Of a stretch of 64,000 bases of DNA, positions 51,149 through 62,881 are shown piece by piece; position 1 is the stretch's first letter; each line of letters starts with the position of its first letter. The DNA is from Felis catus (Eukaryota): contig NC_058368.1 of assembly GCF_018350175.1 (NCBI RefSeq), positions 103,604,001 to 103,668,000 on the forward strand. Reading direction: 5' to 3'. Position numbers and translations under genes: made by a program. The notes beneath the pieces are model-generated. The model did not search any database, was not told where the DNA came from, and saw nothing but the letters and a program-made list of their open reading frames with translations.

Positions 51149-51374
51149 GGGGCACCTGGGTGGCTCAGTCAGTTGAGCGTCTGACTTCAGCTCAGGTCAT
51201 GATCTCACAGTTCGTGGGTTCGAGCCCCATGTCGGGCTCCAAGCTGACAGCACAGAGCCTGGAGCCTGTTTCAGATTCTGTGTCTCCCTTTCTCTGTCCC
51301 TTGCCTGCTCATGCTCTGTCTCTCTCTGTCTCAAAAATAAATAAAACATTTAAAAATTTTTTTAGAAAAAGAAA
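51149..51374 (+). mobile_element. Can-SINE
   Basis: TSD AAAGA(T/A)ATGAGC. Confidence 0.95.
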
Positions 51375-51733
51375 AAAGAAATGAGCCATGTATCCAAGAC
51401 TGATTTTCCCAGTGAAACTGAGTAAACGTTTCTCTAATAAGAGAGGGAAAGATTCTCACGTGCATCTTTGAAATATGGGATGTGACATTTCTTTGTTTAA
51501 TTGGTGTCAATTAAAGACCATTCCTATCATGTTAAGCAGTTAACTCAAGAAGTAGATCTCAACAATCTAGCAACTGTTTTTCAGGACAAAAAAATGTATA
51601 ATTTTTAATATCCATGATAAGATGTCAGGATTTTTTTTTTTTAACCGAAACCAAGCAAGGCTGCAAATGGCTTCATCCCCAAGACACTAACCTTTCCCAT
51701 TTGGTTAATTTTTTTTAATTTATTGGAGAAATA

Positions 51734-51950
51734 GGGGCGCCTGGGTGGCGCAGTCGGTTAAGCGTCCGACTTCAGCCAGGTCACGATCTCGCAGTCCATG
51801 AGTTCGAGCCCCGCGTCAGGCTCTGGGCTGATGGCTCGAAGCCTGGAGCCTGTTTCCGATTCTGTGTCTCCCTCTCTCTCTACTCCTCCCCCGTTCATGC
51901 TCTGTCTCTCTCTGTCCCAAAAAAAAATAAAAATAAACGTTGAAAAAAAA
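51734..51950 (+). mobile_element. Very young SINEC_Fc
   Basis: TTTTAATTTATTGGAGAAATA at 51713-51733 and 51951-51971; diagnostic GGCGCAG and TTCAGCCAGG. Confidence 0.97.
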
Positions 51951-52428
51951 TTTTAATTTATTGGAGAAATAAGTTTATGATAAATTTTGGATCAAATTTT
52001 AGAAACCATATCCAAATTATAACACAGGATGTAATGAAATACATTGCAGAGTTGAATATAACCAAAGCTGAAATAGGTCCACCCACTGGATTTCCACAGA
52101 GAAAGATTCAACCTTCCGACTTTTGCCCGAGCTCACCATGAGAGCATCTGAGGGAGTGCTGAAGATACTTTCCAGCAAGAACCAGCACTGTCATTCCGGA
52201 GTCCACATTGGATCCAAATATTCATAACCATCCGCTCCAACTACCAAACACTTGCTACCATTTCAATGACCTTCTACAAATCAACCTTTCTTGATTTAGC
52301 AGAAATAAAAAAAAAAATAATAAAGAGACTATCCTCTTGTGGAGTGTGACCTAAAGTTTAAGCTCACCATCATTAGGCCCAATAGACAAACTGTGATAAA
52401 AGCCTTGGAATATATTCTCTCTCTAAAT

Positions 52429-52745
52429 CTGGGGTTGGGAAGTCTTTTCTATGAAGAGCCAGATAGTTGACTGAGGTTTTGTGGATCATTTGGTTTCTGT
52501 CACATCTACTAAATTCTGCCATTGTGACACAAAAACAAAATAAACGTGTGTGGCTGTGTCTCAATAAAACTTTATCTGTGCACACGAAAATTTGAATTTC
52601 CAGTAATTTTCATGGATCATAAAGTAGTACTTTTGCTTTTTTTGCTGCCATTTAAAAATGTAAAAGCCATTCTGACCTTGCCGGTCATGTAAAAAAGCAG
52701 GAGGCAGGTAGTATTTGGTCTTGAACCAGAGTTTGTTGACCCTTG
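52429..52745 (+). mobile_element. MER58B-like hAT-Charlie MITE
   Basis: Termini CTGGGGTTGGGAAG / TTTGTTGACCCTTG; TGGCTGTGTCTCAATAAAACTTTAT; 8-bp TSD CTCTAAA(T/C). Confidence 0.85.
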
Positions 52746-53720
52746 CTCTAAACTGCAGAAAATGATCACTAAAGTTTAGACCATGATTTACGTTCACTTA
52801 TTACACTGAGATAATAATTTTTCAGTTTGTCTAAAATTAGTCACTCCCGTGTGGGTCGATTAACACGCCATCAGTAAAAGACAAAAACAAATGCTGCACG
52901 AATTGTGTGACCTTCAGTAAGTTTATACAGTATTTCTCTTCACAGTCCTTTCTGATGAATAAATAAGAGCACGAAAATCATCTAGGACACGGGCCTGGTG
53001 CCTCATAAGAGTTCAATAAATGATAGATTATTAATAGGCTGCATGCAAGTCTCTGGTCCCATGAGCAAGCACATCCTTAATGTGAAAACAGATGCTGGGA
53101 GCTACAACAGCAGATTTCTAAAATTCCCATCCCGTTGGCAAGACCATCCCAACAGTAAGGAGGATGCAATTAAACATTCAGTTCCTCCAACTGCCCTACT
53201 TCTGGTTCTCTCATCAGAAAACATCCTCTCACAATGACGAGGCTGTTCGTGTAGTCAATTTTCAGATAATCTCAGGCTCTGCAGTACTATTGAGGTACTG
53301 CAAATATTCATTTTTGCAGGTAATTGTTAGCCTCGTTCGTGAGAGAGCATCCCAAAAGTTGAACCTACCTGTGGTATTCTAAAAAATGAGGTTGCTGAGG
53401 CTGCAGGTTGAGGGCCAGACCCCGAAACTTGGTAAATTCACCCACGTAATGAGAGAGGGTCATGATGACCTCTTCCCATGTGCTAATCATCATCCTTATA
53501 CCATTGTCCACCCACCTCCACCATAGGTGCTGAATAGGCTGTTCTAGCTATGTGATCTTTGTCTGGGTCTGGGCTCTTCCTGCAGTCTAGGTCCTCTGCC
53601 TGGGTACTAGAAGTTCCCATGTGTCCATAAAGTGTTAGGTGGTGAGTCATGGAGAGATTTTTAGTAATCATATGATTACAAGGCAGCTAAAATAATATTT
53701 TAACTGGAAAGAATGACTTT

Positions 53721-53744
53721 ATTTTTTTTTAAGTTTGTTCATTT

Positions 53745-53777
<33 letters not shown>

Positions 53778-53948
53778 CAGCATGAACAGGGGAGGGGCAG
53801 TGAAAGAGGGAGACATAGAATCTGAAGCAGGCTCCAGTCTCTGAGCTGTCAGCACACAGACTGACTCAGGACTCGAACTCACAAACAGTGAGATTATGAC
53901 CGGAGCCGGAGTCAGATGAGTAACCCGGCTGAGCCACCCGGGCACCCC
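53721..53948 (-). mobile_element. Can-SINE with (TG)n(AG)n
   Basis: TSD AAGAATGA(C/A)TTT at 53709 and 53949. Confidence 0.94.
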
Positions 53949-54418
53949 AAGAATGAATTTTTAAAGGGGCAATAAAAGAAAATAAGTAGGGGAGAGAAAG
54001 AGGACATGATCCTCACACCAACATTATTAATTCTGCTTTGGTCAGAAATATTTCTTAAAACACTGGTAAACTGCTATTTCAGATTTTTAAAAATACACAC
54101 TGTACCCACGTAGATACAGGCAAACTGTTCCAGTGTGTTATTGGCTGATTGTCATCAACACGACCCTCAGCTGTCTTTGGGGGATCATTCTAGACTGTGG
54201 GAAATTGCATTGCACTGGCTAATGATCGATTTGTGGTAGACCGTGGAAAGGCTGTGCCTGACTCACAGAAATTCTCATTAATGCCTTAATCTTTCTCCTG
54301 CAACCTGATTGCATCTGTTAGCCTCCTTACCTAATGTACTTCGAACCTAATGAGTGGGCGGTGATGCCTTTTGGTAAGGTTTTCATTATAAGTGTGTTTC
54401 TGGCTTTTTCCTTTTAAC

Positions 54419-54474
54419 ATATATATATGTATATATATATGTATGTATATATATATAGTCTGTATGTATGTGTG

Positions 54475-54516
<42 letters not shown>
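54419..54516. repeat. (TA)n/(CA)n compound microsatellite
   Basis: Directly visible. Confidence 0.95.
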
Positions 54517-54517
<1 letters not shown>

Positions 54518-55105
54518 TCCTTTTATGTGCAAGACAAATGCATTTAGCTTGCAAGTAGAGCTAAACACTCTCAGAGTAACTGACTCATTTAGCGGTGCTT
54601 GGCTTCCTGTGCTTGTCAGCGGCAGGTGACATTTAGCACAGGCTTTATCTCAGTTGTGGTAATTACTGGGCTGACATGAGCCCTCATACACAGCACAGAT
54701 TGTTTTCAGCAGATGTAACCAAGCAACTCTGCTTTCTCTGGAGCAGTTATCCGGCTTTTAAATTGTGGCATCCCACACAGACCCACACACACAAACACAC
54801 ACACACACACACACAAATATTTTAATGTCATTTTTATGGAAATACTCTTTGTTCCTCTGAGTATACTGATTTATGCCACGAGGTGGTGGAATGGGATATA
54901 CTCATTGTATGCAGCTTCATCATGACTGGCTGGTAGTGAATCCCATTAACAGAAAGGTTATTGTTATTGTAATGTATCTCAGCAGTGTACCAAATGCTAC
55001 TTTAATGATGTAATTAATATGCTTGAATTTACCATTTGATGTTCTTAGGCACCAATGGTGTTACTGTTGGGAGAGCAATGATTATGTTTTTTAAAAATTG
55101 GTGAA

Positions 55106-55313
55106 GGGTGTCTGGGTAGCTCAGTCGGCTGAGCATCTTGATTTCGGCTCAGCTCATGATCTCACGGTTTGTGACTTCAAGCCCAGGCTCCACACTGACA
55201 GTGTGGAGTCGGCTTGGGATTCTCTCTCTCCCTCTCTCCCTGCTCCTCCCCTACTCATACACACATGCACACTCTCTCTCAATTAAACTTAAAAAAATAA
55301 AAATGAAAAATAA
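55106..55313 (+). mobile_element. Can-SINE
   Basis: TSD AAAAATTG(G/C)TGA at 55093 and 55314. Confidence 0.93.
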
Positions 55314-56679
55314 AAAAATTGCTGAGAACAGCATTTGTTTCTTAGAAAAGCTGGAATGGAAAAAAAAATGTTTTAATAAAGGAGTCACATTCCCTAACAT
55401 GCCTTAATTATTTGCGTCAGACCTAGCTTAGTGAGGCACCAATTTTCAAGATAATTCTTAAATTCAAACAACTTCACATTATTTATATTTAATCAGATTA
55501 CTTATCCTGAGTACCCAGATATGAGAAAAATAACAGCCAGGCTCTTTAATATTTTCGGTTGAAATTGATATTTTCATATTTCCAGACTCTACGATTACTC
55601 TGGTCAGTTAGCAATTATATTACAAAAAATGCATAATTATCCAGAACCATAACTCAAAACATGTCAGTTACATTAGCTTTGCTATAAACTCTAACTATAT
55701 AAATGTTCAAACTTTCATTTAACCGAATTGCGTGACCAGACATCATGCTGTTTAATGGATCGAGACAAGAAGTAGAATTACTAATAATAAATTACTACAT
55801 CGCAGATTGTGAAATATATGCAGGCTTCAGCCCAAGAATTCTGAGTGAAGTGATACACAGATGGCAATAAGTTTGAAAGAGGCTCAGGTCAGACCAGGGC
55901 TTAAGAGAAATGATAAATGAAAACCTAGCTAATCGGAGAGAGTCGCCCAGTGCTGCTGTGACCAAGAAAGAGAGAGAACTTGGGTATTTAACTTATGAAA
56001 ATTGTTCCATTTGTTAAAAAAAGAAAAAAGAGGCAAAACATCTCAAAGGTATTTCTGAGACCTTTAAATGTTATAATACATGTCGGATGATTTGAGGTTG
56101 AGCCAGATTGCAATTATGCAAAATAAAGCTTTCTGTTAAATAGAATTTCCATAAGAAATTTTAACCTCTGGCATTTGAGTAGGAAGGGAAGGGACGAGGC
56201 GCCATGATGAATAAATGTGAAACCTGAGCAAGGTATGGGCTTATCAAAAAAACTGAAAAGAACTTTCTAGCCTGCCCTCCCATTCCACTGAGGGATTAAG
56301 TGTATTGTAAGGAAGTATCTGCCACTTAGTAGGCTGAGCAGAGACGTGAAGTCAAAACACCAACAGTTAACCTCATATAGTAAGTACTTCTGGTTCGTTA
56401 CGAGGGAATCTATCTTTTGATGGAATGTACCTATGTTACGTGAGTCATTTTAAACGGCAGCTATCTGTTAAGTATGCATTTGCTCATAATATCATTTTTC
56501 AAACACCTGAATGTTTATTGGAATTAAAATTCCACTCACCTGACACAGCCTCTGTTTCTATGCCTCCAGCGTCAGGTTGTTTCAAATTCTTGTGTCAAAT
56601 GTTAATTGACCTCATGATTATAAGCGATGCTCTGGTCTCAGGTTTCCACCCCAGAGCACATATTTACAACACACAGACA

Positions 56680-56711
56680 GTACTTTTGTACTTTTGTACT
56701 TTTGTACTTTT
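56680..56711. repeat. (GTACTTTT)4 octamer tandem repeat
   Basis: Directly visible. Confidence 0.95.
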
Positions 56712-57852
56712 TCTCTCAGCGTCTTCTCTGCCCATCAAGGAAGGAAACCGGATGGGCCAGACTATGAGGAGAGAAATTCTGAGTCATAAGCAAACCTAAA
56801 TTCAAACGCTGGCTGGCATTCTACTACATCCCAGTCTTGGGCTCCTTTATTATAGACACTCATTGATATTTACCACTGCCCTCCCCTGCAGAGTGGTTAG
56901 CAAATAATCATGCTGATGTGTCTGAAATCTTTACAGGGAAGCCTTGGTATCACTGAAGTTGAATCTCAGAAAATCTCCTAACAACCATTCCCCTTATAAA
57001 ATATCTACCCTCTTTGAAAAGTGAATTTCAAGCCTAGCAAAAACCACCATAATATCAGGGCTGAAAACTGAATCCTTCCACTTCCTTACAGACCACAAGA
57101 GAGAAGCAAACCATGTTCTAAGTATCCGCCCAGTGAGATGAAAGAGAACAGACCCGCTCCACAGCCTACACCAGGCCACCGACACGTGCGATCAATGCAC
57201 AGCTGTGGGCTGGCTTTGGAGAGAGACCCTGTCTCACAGCCCGTCACTTAGAGGTCATAATATTTTAGTGGCTCTTCTCTCTGAACAGAATAAAACCTGC
57301 AGATAGTTAAAGAGAATGAAAGTTCAGTTTAAAGCAATGGAGTGTAAGGAAGGGTAAAAGGGAGTTGATGAGAACCAAATGTCTCCCATATGGTTCCACA
57401 TAGAGCTGCTGGAGGGCCATATAAAAAATTAATCCAACTCATATAATTCTGCTCAAAGCCAAGTATGTGCACGTAATGAAAATGCAACTCAAACATGACA
57501 CATCTGGGTTTTTTGACAACATTGTGGGATGCAGCGTTAATCTGCCTTAATAATAGATTCTTAGGCTTGCAATTTATTGTGGGGTTTTCCCCCTTATGTT
57601 TTAGGAACTGACATAGTTGGGAATAGATGTCTCTTCCTTCTTAGAGGATAAAAGGTGTATGAAAATTTAACATCCCCCCAAGTGATATCACTTTCTTACA
57701 TATGTATACTTAGTGATTACTATTTTTGTATGTTAAGAGATAAGATAAATTCTTCTAAGAGGTAACAAAGCTTTGTAATCCATTAATAGAACATTCTGGG
57801 AAGTTCAAGCTGTTTTCTGCCCTTCACTTTCACCTAAACAGTTGGGACAGCA

Positions 57853-58048
57853 GGGGAGCCCGGGTGACTCAGTTAAGCATCCGACTTCGGCTCAGGTCAT
57901 GGTATCATGGTTTGTGGGTTCAAGCCCCGTGTTGGGCTCTTGGCTGACACTGTGAAACCTGCTTGGGATTCTCTCTCTCTCTCCCTTCTTTCTGCCCCTC
58001 TTCTCTCTCTCTCTCCTTCTCTCTCTCAAAAATAAATAAACATTAAAA
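57853..58048 (+). mobile_element. Can-SINE
   Basis: TSD AAACAGTTGG(G/A)AC(A/G)GCA at 57836 and 58049. Confidence 0.94.
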
Positions 58049-59584
58049 AAACAGTTGGAACGGCAAGATTTTAGAGAGATGCTCTTACAGATAATTTTAG
58101 TAAAAACAAATGATACAGAGAATGGGCTTGAACGATATCAGATGTGGAAGCAGGGCCATTCTTAACTGCACACTGATCTCAACTTCATTTGTCTTTCTCT
58201 GGAAAACATATGCAGAATGAAATAAATCAAGTTGCAGCATGAACTATGTGAATAATTCAAGGCCTATATGCCAAACTAGAAACTACATAGAAGCACACTC
58301 AGACATTGATTGATTTAACAGTAAGGTTTATGCCAATCAGTTCTACAGATCTGTTTAATTCATCTTTACTTCTGCAAAATGCAGGACAGTATTTAAGACA
58401 CTGTAGTACTTGATGAGTTAATCCTGTATCTCCTGTGCCCATCATTTCAAACTTAGCTTGGGGTTGGTGGGATGGAGGATGTGGGATGGAGAAGATCCAA
58501 ACCCGCCTTCAGAGAGCTCACAGTTCAGAGGGGGCATGTTTGTGTCAATGCGCAATTGCAAAGCTCTGGGTCAGTCCCCTCCTCAGGTTCCCAAAGGGAA
58601 CAGGTATACAGGCAACAGGAGGCATTTGGGACATCTCCCATTCCTAACTCCCAATAAGCTCATTTTAAGTGGATGCCGTGACAGAGGGGGGCCAAAAAGA
58701 CGCTTTTATTTGGCTCTGTGCTTTGATGAATCTAGTCCCCTCAAAAGCACCCAGCAGGAGCATAAGAACTAAGGGAACACTTGAGCAGCTCTACTTCCAA
58801 AACAAATTAATTATAAATGAACAACAAATAAAAAGTGTGAGAGCCTGGGCATGAGAAACATTAGGAAGCAGCATCGCCTAGAGATTAGGCTGAGAACACA
58901 GTTTCTAAAGGACTGATGAGAGATGACCCGGAAGATACAGACTTCGTGAGGTAGGGCTATTACAGATAGGAAAACTAAAACAGATGCTTCCTGTGGTCTG
59001 CAAGCATGGTTACTAGAAAGATAGAAGGTCAAAAAAGAAATCTACAAATAGCTCTGGTAGCTTATAGGCTAAGTATAAAGGTGAGGAGCAAGCAACTTCA
59101 TCCAGTAGCTTTTGGGGTCCCTCAGAGAGCCCCTCGGTCCCATCTCCGTACAGGTGTGGCCAGCCTGAGCCCACACCTGTAGGCAGACTCCACCTGATTA
59201 TATAAGCTGCAGTCGGTGATCCTCGGGGGTATTTATTTACATGTATTGCCATCTATGGAGGCTTTTGAAACAATTCTTTTACACTTATTTTGTTCTGTTC
59301 TTGAGGCGGGAGACCCAACATGGGGACAATGAAGAGGACGCGCAAAGAAGGTGGACACGGGAGGCTTCTGTCCGTGTTGCAGTTGGCAGGGCTGGAGAGA
59401 GTTCATGGAGAGAAGGCAGGGGCAAGGCTGAAGGAGTTTTTGTCGTAAGAGTATTTGTGAGAACTGACTGGTGACTGGCCAGCCCCTGGGTTGGTGAGTT
59501 CCTATGAAGCAACTGTGAGTCCACAGAAATACTTCAGGGTATTCTCAAGGAACGTGAAGTTTGCATTAACGATAAGCACCGAGA

Positions 59585-59775
59585 GGGGCACTGGGATGGC
59601 TCAGTCAGTTGAGCATCAGACTCCTGATCTCGGCTCAGGTCATGATCTCACAGTTTGTGAGCGGGCAGCGGGGAGCCTGCTAGGGACTCCCTCTCTCTCT
59701 GCCCCTCCTCTGCTTGCACGCCGTCTCCCTCTCAAAAATAAATACACAAACATTAAAAAAAAACAATAAACAACA
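59585..59775 (+). mobile_element. Can-SINE with internal deletion
   Basis: Head present; B-box region replaced by GCGGGCAGCGGG; tail present. Confidence 0.88.
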
Positions 59776-60344
59776 AGAATAAGAGTTACTCATGCCACTG
59801 TGGCTTCAGTTTTACAGAAGGCTGGTAAGAACTAGGGACATTTGGGTACACTGTGATACCACCAAGAAAACTGAACTATATTTTGCATGTTGTCATGCTT
59901 CTCCATTCCTCTAAAATCTCCAAAGGTCTGAAGATTTTCCCCTATTCTTGGGCAGGTGGGAATTTTTCACTGTGGGGACCTATACATTTCTTACATGCAT
60001 TTTATTTAAGTCAGATCTCAACTCATTTTTTTCTTTATAAAACATTTCCATTCTCTTTCAGTTTTTGAAATTATCAAATTAATATTTGCTTGTTATAGCA
60101 AGTCCAATAATATAATAAAAAAGGTAAAAAAGTAATGCTAATCATCTTCTTCCTGCACAGGCTCCAAACCTCTAATCTCACTCCATTAACGTGTCCACAC
60201 CTTGCAACCTGCTGCCTTCACCTAATGATGTAATTTGTATGTCCTGACAAATCAGCAGTTATAAACCTAAATGTATTTCTTTCATCTAATCATGCATCAT
60301 GGAATACATTTTCTATACATAGGCTCATACCATTCATGGCAGAT

Positions 60345-60760
60345 TTAGAACTATTTTATTGAATACATATTCAGATGAGGATTCACCTTATAAATGTATG
60401 TAGTTTAATGTGTTTTCCCATAGTGGACACATCTATTTAACCTTCACCCACATGAAAAATAGAATACAAACAGCACCTAGAAACTTCCTGTCCCCGTCAC
60501 ACCTACTACCCTCCTGCCCAATGTTGACTATTCTGACTTTTAAAATCATAGTTTTCCCTTTTTAAAAATTTATACAAAGGAAATCATCAGTATGTATGCT
60601 ACCATGTCTGAATTCTTCCATGCAACGATTATGAGTTTCATCCACATTTTTGCATATAATGTGTTCATTTTCTTTACTGTACAGGAGTCCAGTAAAAAAA
60701 ATATAACTTCGGTTGTGTTCAGTTTGGGACTTAATATTAATAAGGCTGCTATAGACCTCA
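60345..60760 (-). mobile_element. Ancient L1M(E) 3' region
   Basis: GGAAATCATCAGTATGTA...TGAGTTTCATCCACATT...CAGTTTGGG..ATAAGGCTGCTAT. Confidence 0.75.
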
Positions 60761-61345
60761 AAATAGGGAAGCGTCCCCGAACTAGTCTCTAATGTATCAA
60801 AAGGAAGAGCCTTCTCTTTCAAAGTTCTTGTTTCTGCCACTGGCATCAAGAGTCTGATTTGACTCTTCAAAGTGAAGTTCGATTAACTTATTTTCCTCAG
60901 CGTTTCTGAAATACCAAGGAGAGTGTGGGCGGAATATTCTAGCTGTCTGGACTGAAAGCTAGAGGCTCATGTTTCAAGGAAGCACAAGTGTAGGCAACTG
61001 AAAGGAAGTGGAAGACACTGGCAAAACCCACAACAGCATTTTACGGCAATAATGTCTCAGCAATGAAGAATGGCAGGAGTTACTCTTTTCTGCATATCGG
61101 GATCCAATGTAAAGGCCAGGAATCCAATAGAGGTGATAGCCAGAAAGACCCAGAAAGAACTGATGAAGAATTTCAATTTGTTCCATGAAAGTTTAGAAAA
61201 AACAAAACAAGAAAATAGGGAGGTGGTAGGAGAGAAAGACGAAGTGTAGGAAGATAGGATGAAGTAGGAAACTTAGAAAGGGGAAGAAAGATGATTCAGT
61301 AAGGAATGAAACAGTTAGTAGATTTTTCAAAAATAGGAATGGATA

Positions 61346-61562
61346 GGAGCACCTGGGTGGCTCAGTCGGTTAAGCATCTGACTCTTGATGTTGGCTCAGG
61401 TCATGATCTCACAGTCGTGAGATCGAGCCCCACATGTGGCTCCACCCTGGCTGTGAAACCTACTTAAGATTCTCTCTCCCTCTCCTTCTGCCCTCCCTCA
61501 CTTGCTCTCTCTCTCTGTCTCTCTCAAAAAAAATTTTTTTTTTAATTTTTAAAAATTAAAGG
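61346..61562 (+). mobile_element. Can-SINE
   Basis: TSD AATAGGAATGGATA at 61332-61345 and 61563-61576. Confidence 0.95.
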
Positions 61563-61576
61563 AATAGGAATGGATA

Positions 61577-61846
61577 TAGCTGAAGGTGGTCAAAAAGTAC
61601 AAACTTCAAGGTATAAGATAAATAAGTCCTGGGGGTGTAATGTACAGCATGGTGAGTAGAGTTAACAATAAGTGTGTTGTATATTTGAAAGTTACTAAGA
61701 GTAGGTCTTACAAGTTTTCATCCTAAGAAAAAAAAAAGCTTATGCAAGGGGATAGATATTAACTAAACTTCTGGTGATCACTTCACAACATAGACATATA
61801 TTAAATGATGATGTATGTTTAAAATTAATACAATGTTATACGTAAA
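61577..61846 (+). mobile_element. L1MA9-like 3'UTR fragment
   Basis: GGTCAAAAAGTACAAACTTC..ATAAGATAAATAAGTCCTGGGGGTGTAATGTACAGCATGGTGA; followed by AAAAATAGGAATG. Confidence 0.88.
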
Positions 61847-61922
61847 AAAAATAGGAATGCAGAAATATAACTTTAAACAGTTCCCATTGCTTTGATTATG
61901 CTATTTTTCATATCACTGAATA

Positions 61923-62881
61923 CGGTTGGTCTTTGTTATTCAGAGATTCCATATTTGCCAGTCACCTGCTTGCTAAAATATATTTCTAACCCCAAAGCCA
62001 GCAATAGCGGAATATTCGCAGTCCCTGGTGAACACACGTAGGGTAATGAAAACCCTCCGTAACATGAAGCACCCATTCCCGGCTGAGGTTGAACAAGGCA
62101 ATAGCATTCTTATTTCAGCTCCCATCAACAGATGTCCCTTTCACCATCTATTTAGTGCCACATTTTCTCATTTGTGCTTTTTGCTGAGTCCACTGTTTAA
62201 AATGGCTCCTGAACATGGTGCTGAAGTGCTGTCTAATGCCCCTAAGCACACGAAGGCTGTGATGTGCCTTGCAGAGGAAAACACCGTGTTAGAGCAGCTT
62301 TGTTTGGGCATGAGTTATAGTGTTCTTGGCCACGAGTTCAATGTTAATGTGTCAATATATATATATATAGAGAGAGAGAGAGAGGCACCTGGGTGGCTCA
62401 GTCGGTTGAGCTTCCAACTTCAGCTCAGGTCATGATCTTGCAGTTCATGGGTTCGAGGCCCGCGTCCAGCTCTGTGCTGACAGCTCAGAGTCTGGAGCCT
62501 GCTTCAGATTTTGTGTCCCCCACCCCCTTCTCTGCCCCTCCCTGCTCACGCTCTCCCTCTCCCTCTCCAAAATAAATAAACATTAAAAAAAACTAAATAT
62601 ATATAAAATAATATATTTGTATGTTTTATAAATACATATTATATATGTATATTATAATATCAGTATATATTAAATAACACACGTGTGTTTCTGTTTTTCC
62701 TTAAACAGAAACACACATGTATTGATCAGTTGGTGAAAATATTGTGACCAAGGCTTGCAGGAACCTAATCCTATGTATCTCTTAGAAGCGATAATTCAGT
62801 TTTGGCTAATTCAGGATTCACAGCGAATGTATACAACTACTAAAAAGTAAAAAAAAAAAGAAGAAGAAGAAGAATTGACTG
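61923..62881 (+). mobile_element. MER82-like TcMar-Tigger DNA transposon with transposase N-terminal remnant
   Basis: TA|CGGTTGGTCTTTGTTATTC...AGAATTGACTG termini; peptide from ATG 62202 KHTKAVMCLAEENTVLEQLCLGMSYSVLGHEFNVN resembles a Tigger/CENP-B-type N-terminal HTH. Confidence 0.88.
62382..62595 (+). mobile_element. Can-SINE nested in MER82
   Basis: SINE head after (TA)n(GA)n; tail AAATAAATAAACATTAAAAA. Confidence 0.94.

Noticed and set aside
53280..53302. 8-bp hairpin TGCAGTAC-N7-GTACTGCA
   Set aside because: Expected by chance many times in 64 kb.
1593..62575. Recurrent ORF family MAQSVKRPTSAQV...SLEPASDSVSPSLS
   Set aside because: All are translations of Can-SINE bodies (GTG starts), not a gene family.
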